64,000 bases of DNA, taken from Eukaryota sp. TZLM1-RC (lineage: Eukaryota; Protista; Metamonada: BaSk clade). A program made the position numbers and the translations under genes. Below, in pieces: positions 48,692 to 61,201 of this stretch. The notes under the pieces were generated by a model. The model was not told the origin of the DNA, did no database searches, and saw only the letters and a list, made by a program, of their open reading frames with translations. The DNA is taken from NCBI GenBank assembly GCA_040285825.1, contig JAUPSS010000010.1, positions 990,881-1,054,880 of the forward strand, written 5' to 3'. Numbering within the stretch: position 1 is the first letter of the stretch; every line of letters begins with the position of its first letter.

Positions 48692-49390
48692 ATGACACTA
48701 ACACGATTCATTGTAACAATCTCTGTAGTCACTCTCCTCGTTACAATCAACTATCTAGCTCCCACCTATGAGGTCAATGTTGAGAAGCAAGACGAAGGTT
48801 CTGTTCATGAACCAGCTGATTATTTAGAAATACTGGAGAAATTATCTCTTGTTTCAACAAAAACACTTGAACAGTTACATAGGCAACTCGATCAAGAAGA
48901 TTCCACGTCACAATACCCAGTGACGAACCTGCCAATGCTGGTGAAACCTACAGATCATAAGAAGCACGGATCACTAAAGGGTGTCCAAGATGTAGGAAAG
49001 GTCGCAGAGAACGTAGAAGTGGCGTTGCTGAAGCCACTGTTTTGGGTTGATAGTAAGGTAAATGGAGATGTTTATTCAGATGAAGTACCACTCAACGGAG
49101 TAGTTGTCAGTTTGGCACAAAATTTTGGGACAGAGCCTGTTACGATCTCTCTTGATCTCTATCTACTTCAAGGAGAAGCAGTGGTTTATTTAAAAGATCA
49201 TTCTACAGTAGTAGAAATTGGGGGAAATACTTCAAAGGAAACGGTACTAACATTCACTAATGGTCCATTGGTAGAAAAAGTCAAGAGTTATCACGCCGTT
49301 TTAGTCAGATGTAGGCTTGTTGATGGCCAAAGAGAAGGAGTTTGGTTGAAAAATTACAACAGTGTTGCATTTGTAAATCATCTGAATTAA
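48692..49390 (+). CDS. Hypothetical protein with N-terminal signal/TM anchor
   Basis: 232-aa ORF with a hydrophobic N-terminus; a paralogous fragment lies at ~3.7 kb. Confidence 0.7.
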   Translation: MTLTRFIVTISVVTLLVTINYLAPTYEVNVEKQDEGSVHEPADYLEILEKLSLVSTKTLEQLHRQLDQEDSTSQYPVTNLPMLVKPTDHKKHGSLKGVQDVGKVAENVEVALLKPLFWVDSKVNGDVYSDEVPLNGVVVSLAQNFGTEPVTISLDLYLLQGEAVVYLKDHSTVVEIGGNTSKETVLTFTNGPLVEKVKSYHAVLVRCRLVDGQREGVWLKNYNSVAFVNHLN

Positions 49391-49839
49391 AATTGGCAAA
49401 ATAAATCTCTATTTATTGGAAAAAACCATCCTGACCTATTGAAATGACATAGATAATGTAAACATGTACTCGGATTTGTTGACCAATCAGGAATGATTCA
49501 ATTCAACACCAATTAGTATCACTGTGCAACAATTTCGGACAGTCAATGTAGAAGTGATTAAGGCAATCAAATTCCATTCTATTTCATTCTACCAATCAAT
49601 TAATCTATGCAATGAACCACAGTTACAATGTTGATAATTATTGATATGTAATGTGTTGTTGTGGATGATTAGTAAATGCAGTACAGAAAACAGAAACTGA
49701 GTCTTTGCGTATGACCATAAACCGATCCAACTCGGGTGGGAGTATTGAGACAATTCCTTGAATATAGTGGAAATTTTCATTTCATTAATGCTATTTACAA
49801 AACTATTCATAGAACTTCTCCACTTAGCAAAATAAATTC

Positions 49840-50790
49840 AGAACTAATGGGACGAAATTCATTGACACAAGATTTCCTCTACAAAATCTTGATCTGCTTG
49901 ATGTCTAGCTAAAGCTTCTCTTATTCGCTTGAAAAACCGAGGCAATCTATCAATAATGGCAAATTGAATGCGAGAGCGTCATAAAAAGATATCAAATCTT
50001 TTCATTGTTTTTTTGAACCTTTTTTGGAAATCGTTCAAAAAGGTTATTACTTCTACTGATGTTCTTACGTTTATAGAATAAGAGAAAGCAATGAAAGCAA
50101 GTTGTGTATTTCTTTCAGCATCAACTTCTTCAGTATTTTTGTCATATTTTCTATTTTTTCCCTTGGCTTTGAATTCAAGAGCATCTACAGGATTAAGATT
50201 TCTTCTTTGAACCGAAGTGTCATTTGCAACATTACAGGAGACAAAGTCAACAACAGCTTCAGAGTTCTGAATTGAATTACAGTATTTATCACCTCTGTCA
50301 TCAGAACCAAAATTATTCAGAGACAGTCTTTTTTCCAGCAGAGGCTCTTTCATACACTATATGCTTGCAGTTCATGACATATTGAAAACAGTGTCTCTAA
50401 CAGCATCATGTAATGAAGAACGATAAGTTATCAATTTGGAACAATCCAGAGCATGTCGCAAAGTGAGCTGAGGTGAATTCGAACAAATTCATTTTTCTTT
50501 TGATAATAATTGATTAATGGGGATATTCAAATATAATTGCAGTTTTGTTACAAAAGCTTCATTCGTGGCACACAATTCAAATCTTCGTGAAACAATGGTT
50601 ACAAAAAACGAAGAATCTGATGACTGGTTTTCACAAACACTCTTTTCCGATAACAATGAGTGAAGATCTTGATTTAAAAGCAGCCGAGCTGCATACATTA
50701 GTATAAAGATCATTTTCATACATTCCAGTCAATTGTTTCTGTAATGTTCGAAGAGAGTAGATTAAATTTATGAGATTCTTTTCCGGTATA
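49840..50790 (-). mobile_element. Family R1 diverged 3' fragment
   Basis: Colinear with 16435-17390; multiple stops and frameshifts. Confidence 0.85.
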
Positions 50791-51139
50791 ATACCATTCA
50801 TGAAATTGAACACATTCCCTGTTTTGGTCTTGAATTTAGAATTTATCATACATAAGCATTGTGCAGTGAGTTGGTGACTTGCCCAACAAATCGTACTTTT
50901 TCTCCTGAAGTGGAGACACAGGGAAAATCATGGCAATTAATTAGTGTACAATAACCGATGACTGATTGAGGATACAGTTGTTGGGACAACCTTGTTCTTT
51001 TAAGAGCAATTTCTTCCATTTTCAAATAAGGAAATCAATGAGATGACGCATTGGTGACTCATCAGTTTTGTGACCCTTCAAAAAGAAAGTTTCCGTTTTC
51101 AGAGCTAATTTGTTTGTCGCATCGTCTTCTGTATTTCTC

Positions 51140-51832
51140 ATGTCCTGCTGTAGTTCCAAAACCCAATGCTGTCAATGCTGCTGTGAAGCTCCTGTTCAAG
51201 CAGTCTGTAACTCCGCTGTTGTTCCTCTTGTTGGAAACAAGGGTAGGTGAAGCACGTCGATTCTGACCACAGCTCCCGATTTCAAGCTCCAGGCCTACCA
51301 TCAACACAACTTCAAGGAGATTTCCCTTGCCGATTTTAAGGGAAAGTGGGTCATCATAGTTGCTTATCCTCTTGATTTCACTTTTGTTTGCCCTACTGAA
51401 CTGCTTGCCTACAATGACATGCTTGCTGAGTTTGAAAAGAACAACTGTGCTGTCTTGGGTATCTCCACTGATTCCCATTTCTGTCACATGAACTGGTGTA
51501 TGCAGCCACGTAGCCAAGGTGGTCTTGGTGAAGATTTCAAACTTCCTATGCTTGCTGATGTTAATCACGACTGGGGTCGCAAATACCGTTGCCTTGTCCC
51601 CAATGAGGGTGTTCTGTTGAGAACTCTTGTCATGATTGATGACGAAGGCATTGTCAGACACGAAACTACCAACGATCTTTCTGTTGGCCGTTCTCCTAAT
51701 GAGTCTCTTCGTCTGCTCAAGGCTTTCCAACATTCCAAGAAACACGGCACTGTTTGCCCTGCTAACTTTGACGAAGGTGCCCCCGATATTGATCCCTCCA
51801 AGCCTCAAGAATACTTTTCTAAACAAAAGTAA
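51140..51832 (+). CDS. 2-Cys peroxiredoxin paralog with Cys-rich N-terminus; 30-nt intron 51243-51272
   Basis: MSCCSSKTQCCQCCCEAP...; the C-terminal 137 aa are identical to the 2104-2796 copy; intron GTAGGT...CTGACCACAG. Confidence 0.93.
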
Positions 51833-52361
51833 GTTGTGTATCATTTTGTGAATAAATAATTTTCCTGAGTAACCAATTTCTCATCAACTTGAACAGTTAA
51901 TAAAATTTATAGTGCCCACAATGAACAACGAATTTTGTCTTCTTTTGAGGTCAAAAACCAAAGAAATGTTTATCAATATCAACTTGATCAAATATTATAT
52001 TGTGACATTTCTTCATTATTTGGGGTAAGAATATAACAATTCATTTTGTAGATCTAATGACCTATTTTTCAAGGTGTCAATCATGCAATATCACAATAAG
52101 CATTAATATTAGAAAAACAACACTGAACCATCCTGGTACATCTTGGAGATTTTTAAAGCAGTCTATTGTTTCAACAAAAAACCTGACTGACCACAATTAC
52201 TAAAATTTACGGTGCTACAATCTCTCGATTGATGTTATTATAACTACAATCGCTGCTACTTAATTCCAGTGACCCCTTTCAAATAATTGTTGTTCATACA
52301 AAAATAGTTTACTAACATGCAATAGAAGCCTTCAAACGAGACTAGCTTATAAGAATGGTGG

Positions 52362-53490
52362 GAAATTCCTATTTTCGTGTGGAATAATTACAAAAAACTA
52401 TCCACTACACAGACACTGAGGTCTTTCATTGCCACTCATTCTAGCTTCAGCAATTGAAAACATATTCAGACAAGCCAGCATATTTCTAGTGAAAATCTTT
52501 GTTGAGCCTTTGTTACTGAATTTACAACTCACACTGTTACAAGCTAATAATCCATGACATGTAGTAACAGGATTCTTTTCTCTCTTATAGCACCTGGGAT
52601 TTGTTACTCTCAAAAACGTAGTAACCTTTTCAAAACAAACAGGACATTTTGCTGAAGTGAAAGCTTCATTAATCATCAATACTTCAAATCCATTTCTTTT
52701 CAGAAATTGAATCCATCCAATGCCTCGAGTAGGTCTCTGATGTTTCCAATCCTTCGAACCTTTTTTACCATAATCACCCACTAGTGTTGGTGCCTTTTGG
52801 ATTGCCAAAATTCTCAACAATTTTTTAACAACCAACTTTCAGTCTTTTGCTTGCTAATCAAAGCTTGTATTTTATGAATGCTCCACAAGTCAAGACTATA
52901 AAAGTCAATTGTCAAAAAAAACTGGGCGAAATTTGGTTGTCATTTCGTTAGACTGTATCATTAGGTTCCTATCGTGATCTACCTCAGTGTACTTTGTCAC
53001 CCATCGTTTTTGCTTTTCATTCATTCTACTTTTCAAAGACCAGGACATCTGAGTCATTCTCAACCATTTGAATTTCTTGTCTTGATTCATCACCCGACTA
53101 TTTCTTTGCTGTTCAGGTTCATGCTCGGGCACCATGGCTAATTTTTGATCCATTTTTTACTACCAAAATACAATAAATCACGTTTTTCAAAATCACAAGC
53201 AACAATTCGTTTGTCTTAAAAAATATCAACATCAACGTCATCAATAAAAAAATAGGCAATACTAGCCTTGTTGTCTGGCTTACATTTCTGACCTTGTAAA
53301 TTCCGACGAACAAATTCCACTGCAATATTAAATCCATCTGTGTGAATAATGTTGTTGAATTTATAGCTCTTCTGTTTGAACATTGGTTGGTTTAAATCGA
53401 GAATATAAGACCAAAAGTCAAATTGCTAAGGTGTTTGGAATTTCATAATTTGGGCTAGTGTATTGGACATTTTCAACATCTGTGTAGGTG
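52362..53490 (-). mobile_element. Fanzor family FzB, decayed 3' ~1.1 kb including right end
   Basis: Colinear with ~9755-10967; LMINEAFTSAKCPVC...TRNMLACLNM; ends GGAATTTC. Confidence 0.88.
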
Positions 53491-53812
53491 AGTTGTTTTT
53501 GTAGGTGGGTGTTCACCGTATTTTTACTGTTCAACGAAATTCCTTCTTCCCTCTTTTATATTATTGTGTTTTAATCTAAGAATTTGGCATACTCTGAATT
53601 CAGAAGAAAATCATTTTTCCAGTTTTGGTAACATCAGAAGTAATTAAATCTACATTGATTGACTGTTTTCTATCCGATTGAAATAAATACTGGGTCTTGC
53701 ATCAAGTCCCACTCAGCATTTGAAACGTCACTTTATCACCATTCAGGTCAAACAACAATATGACAAAATTTACAAACAAATACGGTATTTGAAATACCCA
53801 TTCAAATGAACA

Positions 53813-54634
53813 CTAATATCTAGCTTCAGGACCAACAACAAAGATCACACGTAGGGTAACTGTATCATCCTTGACCGAATCACGTTTAGTTGATATTGAA
53901 TGATAAGAAAGATCATCTGACAACTTCGTGATGTGAGCGTAATAGCGACCGCCTTCCAATACTGCAGAGAAAAGAAACCCAATTCCGGTTTCTTCAGTTT
54001 CGTAATGAACAGTAAAACTGACTGGAAAAGGTTCTTCACGGTACCAGGCGACTTCTGAATCTTCGGGCTTGACGTATCCAGGAAAGAATGAACGAGATAA
54101 TTCCCGGGACTCGACTTTTCGAAGAATTAAAGCTTCTTTGTATTGGTTTCGAATGTTGAAGAAATAACTTGGAGGTTTAGATTCGTCAACACTGTTGATC
54201 GTATTGAGATATGGCAACTTAAACAGTTCATATCCCAAATATATCTTTACAGACTTATCTGCAGCATGAGGAAAGAGCATGCATCCAATGTGCTCAGCAC
54301 TGTATGTAAGTACTGCTTGTCTATCTACAACTGGCCTATTGCTGCTATGGGTACTATGGAATCGAAACGTGGCAGTATGATCGGGATACTTTTTGTTCTG
54401 AGTAACATTGTAGGTGACGTGGCCGAAGAAAGCATCCTTAGTCCAGCCTAATCCGTATGACGAGGAGAAGTCGAAGCGATCAACAGGTGTAGGATCAAAA
54501 TAACCCTGGAGTGGTTGGAGCTTTTCAAGCACCAATACTCCTTCCAAATTGGATGAGACGAGGTACGGTACAACATGCGCATGAGAACATACCAGAAGCA
54601 ACAAAACCGAAAGAAATGGTAAGACCTTCAGCAT
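53813..54634 (-). CDS. Secreted hypothetical protein (beta-rich)
   Basis: 273-aa ORF with a clear signal peptide; family not recognised. Confidence 0.7.
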   Translation of the reverse strand: MLKVLPFLSVLLLLVCSHAHVVPYLVSSNLEGVLVLEKLQPLQGYFDPTPVDRFDFSSSYGLGWTKDAFFGHVTYNVTQNKKYPDHTATFRFHSTHSSNRPVVDRQAVLTYSAEHIGCMLFPHAADKSVKIYLGYELFKLPYLNTINSVDESKPPSYFFNIRNQYKEALILRKVESRELSRSFFPGYVKPEDSEVAWYREEPFPVSFTVHYETEETGIGFLFSAVLEGGRYYAHITKLSDDLSYHSISTKRDSVKDDTVTLRVIFVVGPEARY

Positions 54635-55109
54635 TGTTGTTGTTGATGTTGAAAAAACGAGAAGTCGATGATCCGATCAATCTGCTATTTTGACTCTACA
54701 CCAATCTGAGCTTCAGAAGAACATTGAATTCATCAATTATTAGTTAAACACGATCGGGGGCTATCCATAAGTACTTAGATAAATTTAGGGAGAGTTGTTG
54801 AATAATAAAACCGCTTGGAATAGATACCTCGCAATACAAGCATTCAAACTTTATTAACTACATGTAACTCCTTGACGGAACCGAAAATGCCTGAATGCAG
54901 TGAGCGTAGTGCTTATAGTTTAAGACTGTCAGAATTACCACTAAGCTGTTAGTCTAAAGGAATCTATTGACCATTGTCTACTTTGACTTACAAGTTAAAA
55001 TAACCCTGTTATCTGTCACTTGTGTAACATCAACAAAATCGGAAGTTCAAAAAGGAATGAATTTTCAGAAAACATACACGATATTGATTGATTTTTGGTT
55101 TTTGCTGAA

Positions 55110-55690
55110 TTCAAAAACAAATAGAAATAGAAATATCATACAAACAAGTTAAACTTCACATCCTCAAAACCTGCATCTTCAAAATCGAAATGATGAGTTA
55201 CTAAAGATTCTGAAAATTTACCAAAAGAAGAAAGTGAATCAGAAATCAGTTTCACCATTGCCTTAAAAATAGAAAATACAATCCTTTTTTGCCAGAAAAC
55301 ACGACTGAAAGCTCTTTTGGTCGTTTCCTTTACAATTAGACTGTAGTCCTCAAGGAATGCCACAGCAGACGTACCTGAAAAATTGACCATATGAAAAAGA
55401 CATGGAGATAGATTGTATTGGGCATGAGAATTTTCCTCAATAGAAACAATAGGTTTTGCGTTTTGAGCAATTTTGTATTCACCTCCAGCAACAAAAGACC
55501 TAGCGACAACTGAATTAATGAAATGTTCATGAGAAGAATTGCAAGGGTCAATAGATAAAATAAGTATACTACTGGAGCGTTCATGTAAGCTTAGAACTAC
55601 CAAATCCCCTCTACTCCGACCCATAGAAGCTTTATTGTAGCGCGCACTATCAATATTGGGGTTTAAGAGAATTAATTTTGAAAACAGTGG
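55110..55690 (-). mobile_element. Family R3 3' fragment
   Basis: MGRSRGDLVV...SIDPCNSS...ENSHAQYNL matches 59020-59498. Confidence 0.85.
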
Positions 55691-55996
55691 ACTGCCGTAT
55701 TAAACAATGTTTCTTTTGGTGATTTATTGAACTCACCAAATTTGATTTTCCATCCCAATTTCCCAAATTAACACAAGCTGTTACAGCCAAGTGATAAATT
55801 TGATATTAAGATTGAAGATGCAGTTTTACCAACTCAAGTAAAAAACACTCAACCACGTTGTTTCATTGATAAAGTTTGTTGAAGGGTTTTCTTGATTTGA
55901 AATTGTTACAAAAGTTGCGGGGCAGGAGACAACTAGTAATTAGTGTACTACTGAAATATAGAGAAAAAATAACTTTATAAAAATAATAATAATACA

Positions 55997-57007
55997 TCAA
56001 TAAAAAACTGTTCGAGTCCTATGGGTAAGAGCTCTATTTTCGCTGGTCTCGGAAGTTTCCTTTGCCAAATCCCATAAATAAAAATCAATCAAAACTGATG
56101 GAAGACTTTCATTGACTTTTTCCTCTATTTTCTGACGTACCATCTCCACGGCATGAATAGCACAACCTCGAATCTCACACTCTTGGGTCGAGCCATGTAC
56201 CAAAAGCTTCCCACTCGACAAAACATTCTTTAGCTCAAAAGTATAGCTCAAAATGCCTATGCTGGCAAGAATTTGGGGGACTCTGTAATCAGCAAACATT
56301 GTCAGTTCAGATATATCATCGAATTGAGCAGGTGGTGAGCCACTAAAACAACCCCAGAGATCAGCCACCAAAATTTGGGCACGTTTCATGAAATAGACAA
56401 CTTCATCACCGAAATGGCAAGAGTCATTGAAAGAAGGAAACTCGGCAACTACAAGCTGAATCAATTTGATTGCTGATTGATTACACTGGTTCAAAACATT
56501 AGTAAAACAGCCCTTGTACTTTGAGCATAAAATTCCCCCATTTTCATGAAGAATCTCAAGTCGCTCCTCCAACATTGGTATAGGTTTAGAAGAATCAGAC
56601 GGCCTAAAGACATGGATTAACGTCTCCTTGTCTACTTGTGAGTAGTAAGATGGACTTATGATTGGAATGTTTTCATCTAGGGCTCGGTTTAAAGCAGCAC
56701 AAAGGCCCCAGTATCCCTTTTGCAGGGTTCCCTTGTAGAGGACGGTGTAGGGGGTGAGATCGTCGTTCCAGAATGAGAAGTTTAGCGAGTCTAGGACAAA
56801 TATGTAGTTGACAAGGTCGTTTGTAGTAAGGTGACATGGGTGAAGTTCATGTTCTCTCCACGAGGCAGGAGAGATGTTGCTGGAAATATGAGCCTCTGCA
56901 AGAACATTGGCGAGTTCTGTGACTGATTCTTCATCAATAGAGACGTCTTGTGACCGCTCAGCAATGAGAGCAGCTGATGCTTTGACTTTATCTGTTATAG
57001 ACACCAT
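55997..57007 (-). CDS. QNG1: Queuosine salvage protein (QNG1/C9orf64, DUF2419)
   Basis: FVLDSLNFSFW, GYWGLCAALNRA, FPSFND, FMKRAQILVAD, LTMFADYRVPQIL, EIRG, IDFYLW, HRTRTVFY. Confidence 0.92.
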   Translation of the reverse strand: MVSITDKVKASAALIAERSQDVSIDEESVTELANVLAEAHISSNISPASWREHELHPCHLTTNDLVNYIFVLDSLNFSFWNDDLTPYTVLYKGTLQKGYWGLCAALNRALDENIPIISPSYYSQVDKETLIHVFRPSDSSKPIPMLEERLEILHENGGILCSKYKGCFTNVLNQCNQSAIKLIQLVVAEFPSFNDSCHFGDEVVYFMKRAQILVADLWGCFSGSPPAQFDDISELTMFADYRVPQILASIGILSYTFELKNVLSSGKLLVHGSTQECEIRGCAIHAVEMVRQKIEEKVNESLPSVLIDFYLWDLAKETSETSENRALTHRTRTVFY

Positions 57008-58201
57008 TCTGAACTGTGTGTTGAGATAGTCCTTATAAGTTGGGGAAAGGATCCAATTCTTTTTTTCTTAATCCCTGGACATTATCCCCTCCCTTTCCAT
57101 TATTAAACGTTAAATCATCTTCTGATCTCAACTCTTGTTCTCTTGAGGAGAAATGATTAGCAATAATTGGTAAATTAAATTTAAAAACAATGAAGAACCG
57201 GCAATATGAAATGCAAACGCCATTTGCTCTTCTTCCTCACGAGTTTGTTCGCGCGATTGTTTGTGTCATCCTCCAACTGTAGTTGCTGTGTATTGTTGTT
57301 AAAACCAATAATTGTTGACCAAATCCCAGAAATCTACTCTTTTAAGCGGGTTCAATCTGGAATTTTCGGAATAATATAAACCTATTCATGTACCTATATG
57401 ATCAAAAATTAATCCACATTTACTAACATTGTCAGCGTTTCAAATACCATCAAGTTCAGCAATAACAAAAGACTGGTGCAGAATTGCTTTGAAGAATCTT
57501 GGATCAACCTCATTTTTAATTAACAAGTTTTAAACAAAAGAGTCATTATTGATATAATTTGTTTTATTGATTTAATTTCAAAAATTATGCCAATTATTGT
57601 TCTGATTTGTATAGACACCCCAATTTTGAAAAAACCAATGTTGTTTCATGAATTGATAACCTAAGAATAACAAACATGTTGAACCAATTATCACATGGTA
57701 TAAGAACAGGAAAATTTTCAACAAATAGTCAATATGTTCTAGTAAACATGTTTTCTGCTAAACTATCTCTATTTTTATTGGAAACTTCATCAGATGTGAG
57801 CAGCCAACCAAAATCACCACTGGCCGTTTGTTAGGAAGAGTCACTTGTCAATTTACCAACAATTGGTATAACAATTTCAATGGTAAGGATTAAAAATCAG
57901 AGAACTGACTGGTTTTGGGAGTATAGAATACTTTTGTGGTAAAATTGTTTGGTGTAGGAAGGGTAGCAACAATAAAATCAATAGTAGATATTTAAGTTTG
58001 CTAGAATGGGGGGGGGTGGAGATTATTGATTCAATTTGATTTCTGATTTTCGGTTGTTGATGGTATTGATCTTATCAAAACACAAAACAAACTTACCTAT
58101 TGTAAAACTTACCTAATTCCTTCTCATGATAGGCTATTAGTTTCAGGAAAACTATCGATAATCGACGCTAAACATTTTTTTCTAAACAAAAAACGCAATT
58201 C

Positions 58202-59547
58202 GGTATCTCTCAATTTTTGCAGATCTTTTAACAAACTTCGAGTCAAATTTTTTTCTTCTTTATTAGAAGTAAATGAATCTTTAATTCGAAGTCATGTATT
58301 TTGTTCAGCAGATTTGGGTGGAATTGGATTCACCAAATCTTCGATTCTGTGTAAAGCAGCATTTTTGGGAGGTGGTAAAAATTTTGTTTTTGAATTTTTC
58401 CAAAGGTTCCCTTTTGATGTTCATCTGATCAATGGTGAATCAAATTTTTACTTGAATCAACTGCAATTTGAATTAGAAAATTTGCCCAGTGATATCTGGA
58501 TTCAGTGTTTTCCTTAAAATGTTCAAGAAATTCCCACTCGATCACTTCCAAATTTACGTTTTTGCTTGAAAAAGCTTCAGCACCATCTGGTTAAATTATA
58601 TGAAGGCTTGGATTATGAAGTAAGACTTGGCTTGGCCAAAACTAAAAATCCCGCTTTCGGTAATTTTTTAAAGGATATTCGTGATAGTTCAGCTGCTGCT
58701 TTAGTAACTCAAGTTCCCTCTGTTTATGGACTTTTGTTAAAAGACAATGAATGGCTTCTAAACATGCGTTTTCGTTGTTTTCTGTGGCCAAACAATTTGC
58801 CCAATCATTTAACTTGTAAATGTGGTAAACCTCTTTTGTTTACTCATCTTTTGAACTGTAAACATTTCATTACGTTTAGAAGCAAAGTGCATAATAACGT
58901 GAGGGACCAAATTTATGTAATGTGCAAATCATATCGTGTAGATTCCTTTTTAGAACCGCTGTTATCAAAACTGATTCTTGATGATCCCAATATTGATAGT
59001 ACGCGTTACAACAGAGCTTCTATGGGTCTGACTAGAGGTGATTTAGTTGTTCCTGGTTTAAATGGTAGTTTTACTATTTTGGACGCCATGTCTATTGACC
59101 CTTGTAATTCCTCTAACGAACATTTCATTAACTCGGATGTAAATAATCCTCTTCTTGCAGGCGAAAAATATAAAATTGCTAAATATGCGAAACCCATTTC
59201 CTCGGTTAATGAAAATTCTCATGCCCAATATAATTTATGTCCATTTGTTTTTTCTTTGCTTGGATCTCTAGGTAAGGCTGCTATGGCTTTCCTTGAGGAT
59301 TTTGTTGTAGTTGTAAAGGAAAGAACTGGAAGAATTTTCAATCGTGTTTACTGGCAAAACAGGATTGTATTTTCTATTTTTAAGGGAATGGTAACACTAA
59401 TTTCTGATTCACTATCTTCTTTTGGGAAATTTTCTGAATCTTTAGCGATTAATTGTTTTGATGTAGGGGAGGCAGGTTTTGAGGATGTGGATTTTTAATT
59501 GTGTATTTCATATTTGTTGTTGAATAAAAATAAACTTATTTTCAAAA
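58202..59547 (+). mobile_element. Family R3, young 5'-truncated insertion with A-tail and TSD
   Basis: Frame open apart from one TAA at 58515-58517; REL motifs RGDLV...LDAMSID...EKYKIAKY; AAAAAACGCAATTC at 58188-58201 and 59548-59561. Confidence 0.9.
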
Positions 59548-60277
59548 AAAAAACGCAATTCTATTTTGTCATAAAGATAATGATGAATCGTTTATTCTTC
59601 TTGTGCTAGAAAAAACAACGGTTGAAAGTTGATTCAACAAAAAGGAGTTAGTTTTTCTAAAGTTTCGAAACACAACTTTTGGAATTTCAATAATTCATAA
59701 GATTTACACAATATGAAACGAATTTTGTTCAACCAAAATTTCTTGGACAAAATCAGTATAAATGACCATGTGCAATTGAAATTTTCCCAAATCTTCGAGG
59801 CTCATAAATTATACCAAAATGTGCATTTATTTACTTTTTCTTACAACAATGGAGGAAATTTTCCTCTACAACATATGATTTGTATATATTTTCAAGAACA
59901 TTATTTTCATGCACTCTAGTCAACAAATTTTTCTCTTCGCAGAGTGTATTTCAAATCCGTTTTTGGGGTTTTTTTGAGCGATTGAAGAAAACACTGCTTC
60001 CATATTTGTGTGTCAATTTTTGAAATTTCTGCATTTACTTAATTAATACTGTTCGGTAGCCATTAGTAAATCTATTGACTATAGAAAATCTTTCCGAGAA
60101 CCCAAATGAGGCACTTCTAAGTTCCACAATTAAAACACAATAAGTAAATCTTTAGTTATTCTATAACTCGAAGCACCTTAATTACCAGAATTTCAAACAA
60201 AATTCCTGATTGTTGCTTTCCCTCGGAGACATATTCGAACTTCTCTCTGTAGTGTAATTGTTCCGGAAAAAACATAG

Positions 60278-60349
60278 TTCTCTCGCTGAGAATCGAACTC
60301 AGATTGCCAGATTCAGAGTCTGGCGTGCTAACCATTACACTACGAGAGA
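60278..60349 (-). tRNA. tRNA-Gln(CTG)
   Basis: TCTCTCG/CGAGAGA acceptor, CCAGA-CTCTGAA-TCTGG anticodon arm, CTGAG-TTCGATT-CTCAG T arm; T6 terminator downstream. Confidence 0.93.
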
Positions 60350-60674
60350 CGGCCATATTTTGGGGAAAGGACCTATAATATAAGGCGACTAAGCATAAGA
60401 CGAATTTTTCAGTCGCCAATTTTTAACAATTTTCAACTTGTTTGATTTGTATTCTTAGAACTAATTAATAATATATGAAAAAAACCTTGTTTGATCAATA
60501 AATTCCAAATTTTGTGACTTCCAGTTCCCACATTCAGCAGCCACTGTATGGTGCTCATGCTAGGGTTGATTTTGAAATCATTAGTGGAATTGTTCTACCT
60601 CTTTCCTTCTCTTGAGCAATATTTAAAATTATGAATGATCTTGAAAATTGGCCATTTTATTGAGTGGCCAAATT

Positions 60675-60925
60675 ATTTAGTCACCAAATTTTTCGGAATA
60701 CGGTATTGTGTGTAGAAAATTGTTGGATGCCAGATATGTTGGGCAATTTGAGCGACCAAAAATAAATTAATAGGCGCCCAATTTTTTCGACACGGCTCTG
60801 ACATTGTCTCCAAAAATAAAATTGGGCGTTCGGAAAAACTCCCAATAAAAAGGCAACCAATTTTTTGGGAACCCAATAAATATGCAACTAATTTTTTGAA
60901 AACTCAGTAATTTAGGCGCCCAACA
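60675..60925. repeat. Degenerate short-unit repeat (GCRMCCAA + A/T tract)
   Basis: Recurrent GGCGCCCAA, GGCAACCAA, GAACCCAA, GCGACCAA, GTCACCAA followed by W-runs; ~31-nt periodicity in 60835-60925. Confidence 0.45.
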
Positions 60926-61201
60926 ATTGAGTAAACACGGTATCAGTGCAGAAATGTTCAATAAAAAAGACTGGAATACACAATCATTTCCTCAAAATTT
61001 GGCATCAGAATTGCGATTATCACTATATTCGGCAGTGATGCTAAACTCACTGAGATTTAGTGACCAAAAGAACAATAATTTAATCGTTGAATTTTATAAT
61101 CTGTAATATTTTATGAAAAACACTGGTATTAAAAACAATATACTTCATTTCAATTGCTTTTCAAACAAAAAATACCCTTAAATACCACTAAAAACATCAA
61201 T

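Noticed and set aside
60675-60925. CRISPR-like array
   Set aside because: The units are short and degenerate, there are no unique spacers of constant length, and the context is eukaryotic.
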